Source: the human T2T-CHM13v2.0 reference genome, Homo sapiens. Taken from it: a DNA stretch of 64,000 nucleotides. Numbering within the stretch: the first letter of the stretch is position 1; each line of letters opens with the position of its first letter. A program made the translations under genes and the position numbers. The stretch lies in the NCBI RefSeq assembly GCF_009914755.1, contig NC_060932.1; one strand, given 5' to 3'. Under the pieces are notes generated by a model, which was not told the DNA's origin, did not search any database, and saw only the letters and a program-made list of their open reading frames with translations. Shown here piece after piece: positions 44,642 to 64,000 of this stretch.

Positions 44642-46241
44642 TGTGTTGGGGTCCCCAGGACTACCCCCAGGTTTGATGAATCACTAGTGGGGCTTGCAGG
44701 ACTCCATATCTAGTCATACAACTGTGATTTACTACAGCAAAGGGATACAAACCAAATCAGCAAAGAGAAAAGACACATGGGATGAAGTCCAGCGGAAACC
44801 ACGTACAAGCTTCCAAGATTCCAAGATCAGTTGACGGCCCAACTAGAACAAAAGACTGACCTTCCCTAGGCTGGGCGTGGTGGCTTTTGTCTATAATCCC
44901 AGCACTTTGGGAGGCCGAGGCGGGTGGATCACGAGGTCAGGAGATCGAGACCATCTTGGCTCACACGGTGAAACCCTGCGTCTACTAAAAATACAAAAAA
45001 ATTAGCCAGACTTGGTGGCGGGCACCCGTAGTCCCAGCTACTCGGGAGGCTGAGGCAGGAGAATGGCGTGAACCCGCTTGCAGTGAGCCGAGATCGTGTC
45101 TAGCCAGGGCAACAGAGCGAAACTCTGTCTCAAAAGAAAAAAAAGACTGACCTTCCTTGAGCAAGAAGGAATTTGGCCAGCAGACAGCCTATGGACTTGA
45201 ACTGCAGCATTGGCTCTGCCTGGGTCTCCAACCTGGTGGCCTACCTGTAGGTTTTGAACTTGCCAGCTCTATAATCACATGAGCTATTTCCTTAAAATAC
45301 ACCCCTCCCACCCCGTGATTCTGCTTCTCTGGAGGACCCTGAAACATAAACCATATTATTTGTACAAACAATCTAGACACAGTAAGTCACTTTAACCAGT
45401 TAAGAGTGGGAATGTAATTGCCCAATGGGTTCATTTTGCCCACTGCCCAGACAGAGCTAATTTATCAAGACAGGGGAATTGCAGTAAAGAAAGAGTTTAA
45501 TTCATGCAGAGCCAGCTGAGTGAGAGACTGGAGTTTTATTATTACTCAAATCAGCCTCCTGGAATATTCAGAGGATAGGTTTTCTCAAGGATTGTTTGGC
45601 AAGCAAGGGGATGGGTGCAGCTGCTTGGTGGGATACAATCACAGCCGTGTGGAAAAGGGTGCTTTGCACACTAAGTCTGCTTCTGGATGGGGCCCACAGG
45701 ACTGATTGGTGGTCACAGTAGAGTCATCCGTTGTCAGAAATGCACAAATCTGAAAGCCCATATCAAAAGGCCAATCTCAGGTTCTACAATTGTGATATTA
45801 TCTGCAGGAGTAATTGGGGAAGTTGCAAATCTTGTGACCCCTGGAATAAAGGGTGACCATTGCTGTATGTCTACACCTTAGCAGAATTCAGGCTCCTCTC
45901 ATCCTCCTAACCTGGTGGTCTTTCATTAGCTTTACAAAGGTGGTTTCGTTTTGGGGAGGGGCTATGATCATTTAAACGGTAAACTAAATTTCTCCCAAAG
46001 TTAGTTTGGCCCAAGTCCAGAAATGGCTAAGGGCAGTTTGGAGGTTAAAGGCAAGATAGGGTTTGGTTAGATCAGATCTCTTTCACAGTCATAGTTTTCT
46101 TACTGTTATAATTTTTCAATGGCGGTTTCAGGAACACTCCTGAAATCTAAATTCCCAGATGTCTGTCAAGGGCCACGCTTGCAAGCAAGTTTTTCCCAGG
46201 ACAACAGTATAGGTCTGCTGCATTAACTCCTTGCTCTGTAT
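44642..46241 (-). mobile_element. MER21-like LTR, fragmented by an MLT2-like segment, an AluY (44869-45143) and LTR8
   Basis: tgttggggtccccaggactaccccc...aaatcagcaaagagaaaagacacatggg; resumes aaatctaaattcccagatg...cttgcaagca. Confidence 0.7.
45413..46130 (-). mobile_element. LTR8/LTR8A (ERV1) solo LTR
   Basis: tgtaattgcccaatgggttcattttgcccactgcc...ggcggtttca; TSD ggaa (45409-45412, 46131-46134). Confidence 0.85.
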
Positions 46242-46246
46242 ATTCC

Positions 46247-47352
<1,106 letters not shown>

Positions 47353-48037
47353 CTCCCATCTCATATGCTTTATATAAACCATAGAAAGAGGGAAAGAAAA
47401 GGAGGGAGGAGATTTTCTTATCTCTTTGCTGGATTCTTGTGCATGCATGCCTTGTCTATAAACCAGAGTGAATTTCTTGTGTCCAGAGGGCTGGAGGAGC
47501 ATTATTTTTACATATAAAACTATTGCCCATAAACTGAGTTCTTTTCCCATTTTGTATTGGTGGCAAAGGAAGAACTTCAAAGCAGAAAAGGCAATCAGGT
47601 TTTATTTACTGTCAGGGAACAAAGGAGGGAGGCTCTGGCTCTCAATGCTCCTTTTTGCTGAACTATGGAAGACATGGGTTTTTTTTTAAGGACTAGGAGC
47701 AGGGTGAGAGAGGAATGTTTGCATGTGCCAGGCAGGACTGCAGACATATAGGCTGGATTCAAACATATGTCTTCATACAACACATATACACAAAAGAGTG
47801 GAGATTTTCTTTTGGGGGAGAGAATTTTAGCACTGAAGGCAACTTGGGGAACCTTTTCCTGTTGCTCTGGTTTGCGGGGTCTTATCTCCCTCTGGTATCT
47901 GATCGGGGTCAAGAAGTTCTGGTGCCATGCCGGGGCACCTAGTTTCTTTAAGTAATTATGCCTACAAATAAAGTGACTAAAGAAAAACAGTAAGAAAAAT
48001 AACTTTTCCAGTTAATTCATCAGGGCTCCCCTGCTAA

Positions 48038-48421
<384 letters not shown>

Positions 48422-49314
48422 TCTAGTCCACCTTAACATCAGACTACATTACTCAAGTAAAGAAGTTAGTGTCAAAAACTATTGATCCAACATTGGAGTC
48501 CTTAGATCTGTACTGCTATGCAGTTTCTGTCCTGTGATATTTTATTAGACAGCATAACTTTGAATTTCACCAGAAATTCCATGCATGAATGTGTCCTGAG
48601 ATACGAAGCATGACAAGAACTGGCACCCAAGTACTTGTCAGGATGAAGATTCTTTGACAGCAGTCCCTCCAGGGCTTGTTCCTCTTCTGCAAGTCATCAG
48701 CAAGGAAGATGCTCCTGGGATGGAAAGACGGAGTTTCCAGGAATTGCCAGTGTTTGCAGAATCTGTACTTGTTTATTCCACAGGTCTAGATAAAGGGGCA
48801 GGCTTGGATGGGCTTGGGGAAAACACATGACCTTCATTTCTTTTCTCATTATTTTGACAGTGTCTAACCTAGCCTCCCTGCATCTTCCCTTCTGCCTTTT
48901 CAGTTTATTTCACATATCACTGTAAGAATTTTTCCATAAACCTGGGTCTAGTCATATTGCCTTACTTCATCCCCACCAGCTCTCTGTGGTCTCCTGAACT
49001 CATTCTCAAGGCCTTGGCGCTGTATTGAAAGAACTTCACAGTGTGGGCTCCATTTTTCCTCCCAGCCACATTTCTAGCCACCTCCCAATCAAGGGAAAGT
49101 CCGTCATTCCTTTTTTGTCCCAAATCTAAGAATCTATCAGATTCTAAAGTTATATGGGCTTTATAAATGCATATCCGGATGTAACACACTCTTTTCAAGT
49201 AAATTTTTATTGAAATACACACACAAAAAAGCACACAAACCATAGATACATAGCTGAATTTTCGAAATGAACATACCTGGGTAAATCATACCCTGATTAA
49301 GAATGAACAATTAC

Positions 49315-49647
<333 letters not shown>

Positions 49648-49719
49648 CTATTCCTTGCTCCCCTGACTTCCACCACTAATGATGTGTTTTCCTGTTTTTG
49701 AACTTTACATAAATTAAAT

Positions 49720-49850
49720 CAGCTGAATGCAGTGGCCCCTGCCTATAGTCCCAGCTACTCCTGGAGGCTGAGGCAGGAGGATCACTTGAGCGGAGGAGTT
49801 CAAGATCAACCTGGGCCACATAGTGAGACCCTATCTCTAAATGAATAAAT
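49720..49850 (+). mobile_element. Alu monomer (FLAM-like)
   Basis: Single monomer with a TAAA/TGGA tail. Confidence 0.7.
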
Positions 49851-50227
49851 GAATAGATGGATGGATGGAATCCGTCAGACAGCACATACTCTTGCATCTG
49901 GCCTCTTTTGCTAAACATAATGTTTGTGATGTTTACCTGTGTTAGTGTGTGTAACAACAGCTGGTTTATTCTTATTGCTGTATTGTATTCCTTTTTTTAT
50001 CTGTTTTATTTTGTTGGGCTTTGAATTGTTTCCGTGGTTTTGCATAATGCTGCTATAAATATTCTCCTATGTGTTTTGGTAAATGAATGTATGCATTACT
50101 GTTGGATATATACTGAGGAGTAAAACTGCTGGGTCACAGCCTGTGCATCTTTTTCACTTTGGCAGATGCTGCAGAACAGTTTCTAAGGGGTTATGCCCAT
50201 TACATTCCCAGCAGCAAGTAATAACTA

Positions 50228-50596
<369 letters not shown>

Positions 50597-50889
50597 TTAG
50601 CCATTTTGGTGGATGTGGAGTGACAGTTCAATATGGTTTTAATTTCTGTTCCTTGGTGACTATTGATTTAGAGCACCTTTTTAATGTATTTATTGTTCAT
50701 TTTGATTTTTTTTCTTTTGTGAAGGGCTTATTCAAGTCCTTAGCCAATTTTACCCCCAGGAGTTATGTACATGTCCTATATATAAGACATTTTATATATA
50801 CACATACAGACACGCGCACGTGTATATTTCTTCCATCCTGTGTCTTGCCTTTTCTCTCTCAATGTTTTTTGATGGGCACAAGTTCTTAA

Positions 50890-51191
50890 TTTTTTTTTTT
50901 TTTTTTTTTTGAGACGGAGTCTCCCTCTGTCGCCCAGGCTGGAGTGCAGTGGTGCGATCTCGGCTCACTGCAAGCTCTGCCTCCAGGTTCACGCCATTCT
51001 CCTGCCTCAGCCTCCCGAGTAGCTGAGACCACAGGCGCCCGCCACCATGCCCGGCTAATTTTTTGTATTTTTAGTAGAGACGGGGTTTCACTGTGTTAGC
51101 CAGGATGGTCTCGATCTCCTGACCTTGTGATCCGCCTGGTTCAGCCTCCCAAAGTGCTGGGATTACAGGCGTGAGCCACCGCACCCGGCCT
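50890..51191 (-). mobile_element. AluY
   Basis: Antisense dimer with a long T tract. Confidence 0.93.
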
Positions 51192-51806
51192 AATATTAAT
51201 GAAATTCAGTATGTCTAGTTTTTCTGAAGCCTTTTGTGTCCTGTTGAGAAAAGTCCTTGCCCCACGATTAGGAAAATATTCTCCCATCTTAGAAAAATTA
51301 GTTTTACCTTTTACATTTAGTCTGAAGTCATATAGAACTAACATTTTTACATGATGTGACGTAGAAATCATAATATGGTTCTCCCATATGAATATCCAAT
51401 TGTCCCAATTAATTTTAAAAATCCATTATTTCCCCCATTCACTGCAGTTATACTGTTGTCATAAATCAAGTAACTCCATTTGTTGTGGGTCTATTTCTGG
51501 ATTCTGTATTTTGTACCATCAATCTATTCATCCTTGTGCCAATGCCACAATATCTTAATTATTATAGTTTTATAGCAAGTCTTGATATTGAGTAGTGTAA
51601 GTCCTCCAGCTTTGTTCTTCAAGGTTAGCTTGACTATTCCATATTCTTTGCATTTAATATAAACTTTAGAATCTGTTTGTCAAATTTTCACAAAAATAAA
51701 CTGTCTGAGATTTTGATTGGCATTTCATTTAAACTACACATCTATTTGTAGGAGAATTTACATTTTTATAATGTCAAATTTTTGGAATTGGTACACGTAG
51801 TTTATC

Positions 51807-52107
51807 TTTTTTTTTTTTTTTTTTTAGACAGAGTCTTGCTCTGTCGCCCAGGCTGGAGGGCAGTGGTGCGTGGTCTCTGCTCACTGCAAGCTCCGCCTCC
51901 CAGGTTCACGCCATTCTCCTGCCTCAGCCTCCTGAGTAGCTGGGACCACAGGCGCCCACCACCATGCCCGGCTAATTTTTTGTATCTTTAGTAGAGATGG
52001 GGTTTCACCGTGTTAGCCAAGATGGTCTCGATCTCCTGATCTCGTGATCCATCCACCTCGGCCTCCCAAAGTGCTGGGATTACAGGTGTGAGCCACTGCA
52101 CCCGGCC
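51807..52107 (-). mobile_element. AluY
   Basis: Antisense dimer. Confidence 0.92.
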
Positions 52108-52444
52108 TATTCTTTTATTTAGACCTTTTTAATTTTTGTAAACATGCTTCATTGTTTTATTGGCCTTGGATAACATATTGTTTAGGATTTTAGCATCTGT
52201 GCTCCTGAGAGATATTGTACTAAAATTTGCCTTTATTGTAATATCATTTCTGGGTTTGGGTTGTAAGGCTATGCTGGCCTCATAAAACAAGCTGGGAAGC
52301 ATTTCTGCTTTTATATCCTATGAAGAGTTTCTTAAGAGTGTAGTTTCAATGAATTCACTGGTGTGAAGCCATCTAGCTCTGATAGTTTCTTTCTGAGAGA
52401 ATTTTAAATTACACATTCCATTTATTTAACATATATATGATTGA

Positions 52445-52797
<353 letters not shown>

Positions 52798-53522
52798 TCT
52801 GAATTGTATTTTTCTGTGAATGTGTACATTTTGTCTAAGTTGTCAAATTTGTTGACCTAAAGTTATTCATAACCTCTTCCTAACAGCTTTTTAATATCTA
52901 TCTAATGTACAGTCATGTCTCTTTTCCAGTATTTGCAATTTCGGTCTTCTCTGTCTTTTTCTTACCTGTTGTGCTAAAATCACTCCGGAATGTCTTTTCA
53001 AATAATCTTTGACTTTGTCGATTTTCTTTATTGTATATTTTCTATTAACCTTTCCTGTTTATATTTTATTTTCTTCTGTTATTCGAATTTAATTTGTTGT
53101 GGTTTTAAAAACTGCTTGACATGGATACCAGTAAGACCTGCATTGAAAATACTCTCTTTATAGTGGTGATAGGTTGTATCATTCCATTCACCTTTTTTTT
53201 CCCATTGTTCTTTGTGTGACTAAAAGCAAGTATTTTCAAATGAGGTCCCCTTAATAAACTAGGGATATAGACTGCTAATACGAAAATCTCATTTTTTTAG
53301 GGGGCAGCCCCTATAGTGTAGAGCTGTGGCCATAATTGTAATTGAGCATGTAACAATTCAAAACATCGCCCAAGGGTCTGATTGCTGAGGACCAACTTTC
53401 ACACACACGAGTTATTATATGGTAGGAAGTGACTTAGCACCAAGGACAACTTGAGCACCGTGCTATTGGCCTTGGACAATGCCACTTTTTGTGTCCTTTT
53501 GAGATTAATCTATTAGGAGTAC

Positions 53523-54949
<1,427 letters not shown>

Positions 54950-54984
54950 AGGACAATTTCAACGCCTGTTAAGAAGGCTCCACC

Positions 54985-55275
54985 GGACCGGGCATGTCAA
55001 TTCATGCCTGTAATCTCAGCACTTTGGGAGGCCAAGGCAGGCGGATCATTTGAGGTCAGGAGTTTGAGACCAGCCTGGCCAACATGGTGAAACCCCATCT
55101 CTACTAAAAATACAAAAATTAGCCGGCTGTGGTGGCACATGCCCGTAGTCCCAGATACTCAGGAGGCTGAGGCAGGAGAATCGCTCCAACCCGGGAGATG
55201 CAGTTTGCAGTGATCCTAGATTGCACCACTGCACTCCAGCGTGGGTGACAGAGCAAGACCCCATCTCAAAAAAAG
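54985..55275 (+). mobile_element. AluSx
   Basis: Dimer followed by a purine-rich tail. Confidence 0.9.
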
Positions 55276-55320
55276 GAAAGGAAGGGAAGGGAAGGGGAGA
55301 GGAGGGGAGGGGAGGGGAGG
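55275..55320 (+). repeat. GA-rich polypurine tract
   Basis: ggaaaggaagggaagggaaggggagaggaggggaggggaggggagg. Confidence 0.85.
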
Positions 55321-55951
55321 CACACGTTTTAGAAAATGGTCAGACGCTAATGCATGTGCTTCTAGAATACACTGAGGCTTCTCTCTGGTACCTCTTATGT
55401 TTTAGAGATTTAGTACCTACTCTGCCTCTGTAATGCTCTCGGTTGTCTGCAATGTTTCTTTCTGAATCGCACTTTAGCATTCTCACCCTCTAGGCAGCAT
55501 CAGTAGATTTTTAAGACCAGAAAGCAGAGGGGCAAATGAACTACTAAGTATAGCTACATTCCTGGGTCAATTAAATCCAAATTGACATCCCTAGTGCATC
55601 TGTAATGTACTAACGATGATGGTCTACCTCATAGGGATGTTGTGAGGAATAACAAATTAATGATTGTAAAGCACTCTGAAAATAGAAAAGCCTGAATAAA
55701 ACCTTGTAATTATTAACGGTCATCATTTGCAACTGACCTAGAAATTACTGTTAAGTTATACCACACATCTTGTAATCCATTATTTTCTTGTAATTTTGGA
55801 CTTCCAGCTCCAAGCTCTGTAGAGAGAGATTTTATGCTGCTACACTGCAGCTCCCAAAAGCCTGCTCAAGAGAAATGTGAAAGCAACACTATCCTGTGTC
55901 TCTCACCTGTAAAATTTTCTTTTTCTTCCGTATAGTTGCGATTGGAGATAA

Positions 55952-56608
<657 letters not shown>

Positions 56609-56920
56609 CTAATCAGACATAAAGATAAAATAATCAGGTGATTGTAAAAATAATGTACTAAATATGCTGAGATAGGAAATGCAGAAGAAACGAGGAAGGG
56701 ACAAACAACCCCACCCTGGGATCAGGAGTGTGTGCCAGGGACTGGGTTGACTGGGAGCTGAGGTGAAACACCAGGCCTCACCCTTCAAGGGCATTCTGCT
56801 CCCGTCCATCACACTGTCCTAAAGAACTGTGCTCAGAGAAAAACTACTCCCCCATCTTATTTTGCCAGGCGATGGCTTGCCTAAGGTGTTTTTGCTTTCT
56901 CTCCTTAAAAAACTGAAAGG

Positions 56921-57220
<300 letters not shown>

Positions 57221-58705
57221 CCAACTGAAAGGGAGAGGTACGTCTTTTACCAGACCAAAAAGAACTTGCCATATCTGCTCGGCTATCCAGGGGTTAGGAT
57301 TAATAAACTGGTAACCAGCCACTAGGAAGATGTGCAATAAGCTGTTGGGTTTCTGGTTTTGCCAGACCTTGGCATTCTCTATGAAGAGTATAGAAGCCCT
57401 CCTGCAGGTGCCACTTGATTTTATGATGAATAATGACCCTAATTAGGGGAATATCCTAGTCAGGATTTTGGATTATTCGTCCTGCTGACCTCAATGCCTC
57501 TGCATCCCAGGACCCCGGTCTCTCCATCTTCCCGTGTCTGGGTGGTTAAGGTCCTGATTACTTCTCCAGTTCCACGGAGGCAGGAGGTATTCCTTGTTTC
57601 TCCTGTGCTTCCAAGAACTGGATTTTTCATCGTGCATCTCAGCCTTTCTTTATGACGGAAGAGTCCGTCATCCAGATCTGCTGGTGAATGGGTCCCTAGT
57701 CATAAGCCCTTTTCTGACAACTTCCATTCCACAGCTGGGCGCTCGGCTGTGGCTTTTTCTGTCTCTTCCTGACACATAATTCTGGATTCTAGACATGTTT
57801 CAGATGTGTAAATCTGGCCCATTTTCTCCTTCCTTTCCTTCCTGTCTTCAACAAATATTTATGAAGCCCCTCTGATCTCAGCGCTGTGCTTGGCTGTGGC
57901 AACACAAAGGTTTAAACTAGCAGTCAGACTTCCCTACACAGCTTTCTCCAGAATCACCAAATATTGGTCGGATCCTTGGAAGGACCCATGCAGCTTCTCA
58001 GCGTCCTAGGGTGAAATGCATTTAAAATAAGGTCGAATAAGGCCAGAATTTAAAGTTATCGCTTCAAAAAGTGACTGCTTCCTGGCCACTGACCACAGCA
58101 GCTGCCCGCTGGCTCCAACCAGCTTGAGTCTGTCTGTTCTGAATTTTGACTAATTCAGCTTCCTCTCAGCTTCACTCAGCCCTTGTCTCTATGCTATGAG
58201 CACAGCCTGACTCAGTGAATGGCTATTCTTTCTGTTCAGCACATCCTGTAATTGTTTCTGGACTCCGTAATAGGCTTTGGTTGTAACCATGAATATTTTT
58301 CCAAGGTTTAGTTTGCACAAGGTCCCAGAGGGAAGTAATTTATTCTGTAATTTCTTGGATTTGACCTGTTGGGTCAAAGCTTGAAGAGCTTAATCACATA
58401 TGTGGATCCCTGCACCCATACATAAATATAGTTCTTACTGCCTGGACCCCAAAGCAGCTTTACCACCTAGACCCATCCGTGTGCTCCCACCAGAGCAAGG
58501 TTTTAGCAGAGAGGAGAGGACACAGGGATCACTCCCCTAAGCGTTGCATGAAATCATGGAAAGGATGTGTTCTGAGCTATTGAGCTATCACTGTGAAACC
58601 TGGCTCCACTGGTTACCAGGTGAACTTCAAATTCTACTCTGTTAATTGAGTGAGATATAATCCATTTCAGTAGTTTGTTGTAAATATTAAAAAATATAGT
58701 AAGCA

Positions 58706-58882
58706 GGCCAGGTGCGGTGGCTCATGCCTGTAATCCCAGCACTTTGGGAGGCCAAGGCGGGCGGATCACCTGAGGTCAGGAGTTCGAGACCAGCCTGGCC
58801 AACGTGGTGAAACCCCGTCTCTACTAAAAATACAACAATTAGCCGGCTGTGGTGGCACATGCCTGTAGTCCCAGATACTCAG
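58706..58882 (+). mobile_element. 3'-truncated AluSx inside a MIR, with no tail or TSD
   Basis: The Alu stops at cccagatactcag and MIR-like sequence (aataatggcacatcataag) resumes. Confidence 0.88.
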
Positions 58883-58921
58883 AATAATGGCACATCATAA
58901 GGCTCTGTAAATATCTGTTAA

Positions 58922-59297
<376 letters not shown>

Positions 59298-60066
59298 TCA
59301 CTGCCTAATTTCTAACAGGACTTGAAGAGAATCAGGGTTTTTACTTTTTATTTTTATTTTTTAAAAAGCGACTGCTAAGGGAAGCTTGTAAGGCCATACT
59401 TCAGTACAATTATGAGGCTAGATTCCAGAGCTGCTAACCTGGCAGTCCTGTGACCTCCCCAAGGACAGATTAATTTAAAGTAGGTGAAGAAGAACAACAA
59501 TTATTATCTTTTGTAGGACCGAGGAGTGCTTGTTAGGAACAAAATGTACAATCAAATGCTAATAATGGTTCTGCAGTCTGAGCATTTCTGAATAATTTAG
59601 GTACACAAATTGCTTTTGGTTGATGTAACTCTGTTTCTTGTGATATTTGCTCCTCTGGGGAAGTGTAAAAGAAAAATGAAACTCTTTCTTAGGTCTGCTA
59701 TTCAGGGAAAAATGGCATTGCTCTCATAGAATGAGAAATAAGGTAGGAAAAGGGGATGACCCTATCACAATTATTTATATCTATTTTTCCATTTGTATTA
59801 GAGATAGCGTTGCTATTAATCAAGGACATTACAATGGCTAGTTTCAAAATATAAATCTTCAGGTGATGTAGCAGAGATATGGTGAGTTCCTTATGAATTG
59901 TCACCAAAGGAAGATATAGCCCTAATTGCTCAATTGTTCTAAACAGAGCCAAGATTCTGTGCTTCTTTTATGTACCTAGAGGTTAAGTAGTATGATATTT
60001 CTTAGAAATGCAGGTAACAAAATATTGTAATCAAACAACAGTAATACTCTGAATTTGTGAAATATC

Positions 60067-60356
60067 TTTTTTTTTGAGACGGAATCTCACACTGTTGCCC
60101 GGGCTGGAGTGCAGTGGTGAGATCTTGGCTCACTGCAAGCTCCGCCGCCTGGATTCAAGTGATTCTCCTGCCTCAGCCTTCTGAGTAGCTGAGATTACAG
60201 GTGCCTGCCACCAGTCCCGGCTAATTTTTTGTATTTTTAGTAGAGACAGGGCTTCACTATGTTGGCGAGGCTGGTCTCAAACTTCTGACCTCGTGATCCA
60301 CCCGCCTTGGCCTCCCAAAGTGCTGGGATTACAGGCATGAGCTACTGCACCCGGCC
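60067..60356 (-). mobile_element. AluS
   Basis: Antisense dimer. Confidence 0.9.
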
Positions 60357-60420
60357 AACACCTTTCTTTTAAATAGTTTAAGAGGCTTTCATGTATTTTT
60401 TTCCCCTTAAGAAAAATGGA

Positions 60421-61052
<632 letters not shown>

Positions 61053-62014
61053 AGTTAACTAGAAATATTTTCCCTATATGCCTCTATGTTAGGATAAAAA
61101 TTGAGTGGGCTTTATTGATCCCTGAATTATGGGATTATACACTCTAAGGTATACATGTCCTGCTCCCGTTAGCAATAGCCCTGTTGAATGATTAACTATG
61201 GAACTGGAATCTGAAATAGATGGGTTTTAGTAAATTCCTGGCCATTGTGTTGCTTCAGGTGGATCTAGGCAAGTTCTTTAATCTCTGTACGCTTTCATTT
61301 ATCTCTCTAGGAAATGGGGATAAACATAGAAAAGCCATTTAATTGCTTGGCTAGCACTGTTATCTGTGCCATGTAGCATCCAGTGACCCAGGAGTACCAC
61401 ATGAGCCTCCTCTGTGGTTGGGAGGGGAGTTGATGATGAGAGAATGCAAAAGCTGCTGGTGGATACCCTCAGTGAGAATCTGCTATCCTTCCCTTCCCTA
61501 CCTGTGCATAGGACGCCCAGCCTTCTCTACCTGCCTCTGGCCTGAGATAGGAGTAGAGATCTGGCCTTCTCAGTGGCTTTGGTGGAAACAGCCACCGCAG
61601 CAGCCTCCTTGTAAATGCACATGCCCGTTGATTCCTGTGTCCTATGCAGGTGCCCACATGATTCACTGGGATGGTCGCTTTGCTTTAACATCTTTCACAC
61701 ACCAAAATTTGTGGCCATTTCTGAGAGGATTGCAAATTCAGAGCCACGGCCAATCACTCATGAGACTGTGATGGATCTGTTTTTCCGCCAAGTACCTCTT
61801 TTCTTCATTCTCTTGTCTCATTCTTTATTCCTTTGAAAGTAAGGCTTCAAAAAAATGCTCGTCTCCAAAGGAAATCAACGAGCAGAACCAATAAGTTCAC
61901 AATTTTACACCCAAAATGTTATTCAGCTGTGTACGTTTTTGAAAGCCAGGGCTTTATATTTGTTTATGGTGGGAAAAAAAAATCAGACACACCGAATAAA
62001 ATGTCCACTATTTC

Positions 62015-62325
62015 GGCCAGGCACGGTGGCTCATGCCTGTAACCCCGGCATTTTGGGAGGCCGAGGCGGGCAGATCACGAGGTCAGGAGATCCAGACCAT
62101 CCTAGCTAACATGGTGAAACCCTCTCTCTACTAAAAATACAAAAAAATTAGCTGGGAGTGGTGTCAGGTGCCTCTAGTCCCAGCTACTCAGGAGCCTGAG
62201 GCAGGAGAATGGCGTGAACTCGGAAGGCAGAGCTTGCAGTGAGCGGAGATCACGCCACTGCACTCCAGCCTGGGCAACAGCGTGAGACTCCATCTCAAAA
62301 AACAAACAACCAAAAAAAAAAAAAA
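62015..62325 (+). mobile_element. AluY
   Basis: Y diagnostics; TSD ...ctatttc. Confidence 0.92.
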
Positions 62326-63037
62326 CTCCCCTATTTCAACTCCTTTTACCTTTTAGAATAACAAAACAGTTAAAAGATTTTAAGATAAAACAAAATTTCC
62401 AATGCTGCCAAGAATGAATACCACCAACTCACATCTGAAATACTGTGAGTTTTCTTCTCTAGGAATACCCGTTTTTCTGTTCACACTCACTTTTTAGGCT
62501 CTGACTTTTATGGTATTGCACCACGGCATGGCAGGTCTAATCATTATCACTAAACTGTATTCCTAAACAAATTCAGCAAATTGAACGCACTCAACCAAGG
62601 TGGATTTGCAGATGAACGGCCTACTTTTATCTCTCTAAGGATCTGAAGTTAGCGTACTTGCCTTTGGGTTTCTGCCAGCCTTTTATTTGAAAAATTCAAA
62701 CAGAGATCTCCTCAGTTGACAGTGTATATATTAGGGAGGCTTCTAAACACATCTAAAAAGACAAAGCTGCCAAGAGATAGTAAACAGCATTCAATAAATA
62801 GAACCTGCTTGGGTGAATGCCTTCTGGTGTTGTATGTTTTGACGCAGTACTTGGAAGTTTTCCTAGTTGGTTAATAATTGATGAGCTATCTCAACATATT
62901 GAGTCACAAACACACAATTTTAAGTGGAAAATTTTCTATTGTCCTTATTCACCTGTCATTAGCCTTGAGTCATAGTATTCTAATGGTGTCCTTCAAAAGT
63001 AATCCCAGAGCCTAGGAAGGTATTAAAAGATGGTTTT

Positions 63038-63506
<469 letters not shown>

Positions 63507-64000
63507 TTACCATATGTGGGGCTTTTCCTAGTGTTATTCTGGACTGTTCAGCCCAGATTTCTCCCTGTTCTGGGATGGGGCTGGCCATGGCTGGGGAAAC
63601 AACAGATCCTCCTTTTGTTCCCCGTGGCAGGGCTTTAGCTTCATCAACTGACAAACTTCAGGGGAACCCATTAAACATGCAAGGGGAAAGCCTCATGCAG
63701 AGCCACGAAGAGAAAATCAGGAGAGGCAGGTTTTAATTAATCAAAAAAGTAATTAGAGTAGGGTTCAAGTTGGCTTGTGAGGTACATAACATAAAGCAAT
63801 GTAGAAAACATGTAAGAAGAAGAAGAATGGTGGGTAAAGTAGAAGAGAAGTGAAGGAAAGGGTTAAGATAAAACCAGACATAAAGTTGATGTGAAAACAC
63901 AGCTACAAAACCCAGGACACCCAAAGAGGGCAGAGTGATCAGTTACACTGAAGACCAGAACAAGTGGGACATGTGGCTATCACCCATCTTCTGACCAGAA

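Noticed and set aside
53300-53490. Unique segment considered as a snoRNA or other ncRNA
   Set aside because: No convincing C/D or H/ACA box arrangement and no terminal stem.

Overview
Human (primate) genomic DNA containing the 5' end of TNKS (tankyrase-1/PARP5a, 8p23.1) on the minus strand. Coding exon 1 (19273-19945; HPS domain plus the start of ankyrin repeat 1) lies in a CpG-island promoter with GC-box, ETS, CCAAT and YY1/TISU motifs. Bases 1-19272 are TNKS intron 1, and 20.2-64 kb is repeat-dense upstream sequence with no other credible coding gene. About half of the window is transposon-derived: roughly 40 Alus (one young AluYb8-type copy with a perfect TSD), old L1/L2/MIR, hAT-Charlie DNA transposons, many solo LTRs (MER57, THE1, MST, MLT1, MLT2, MER21, LTR8, MER4) often nested three deep, and a decayed ERV-L pol/dUTPase segment with its MLT2 3' LTR. 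I see no evidence for a novel multi-gene system. The best leads are regulatory or structural: a perfect TISU/YY1 element over the start codon, a possible intron-read-through 243-aa isoform, a possibly polymorphic AluYb8 forming an inverted-Alu pair in the pre-mRNA, and two Alus 3.7 kb apart sharing a private 46-bp tract. Repeat family names are from recalled consensus sequences, and their boundaries are approximate.
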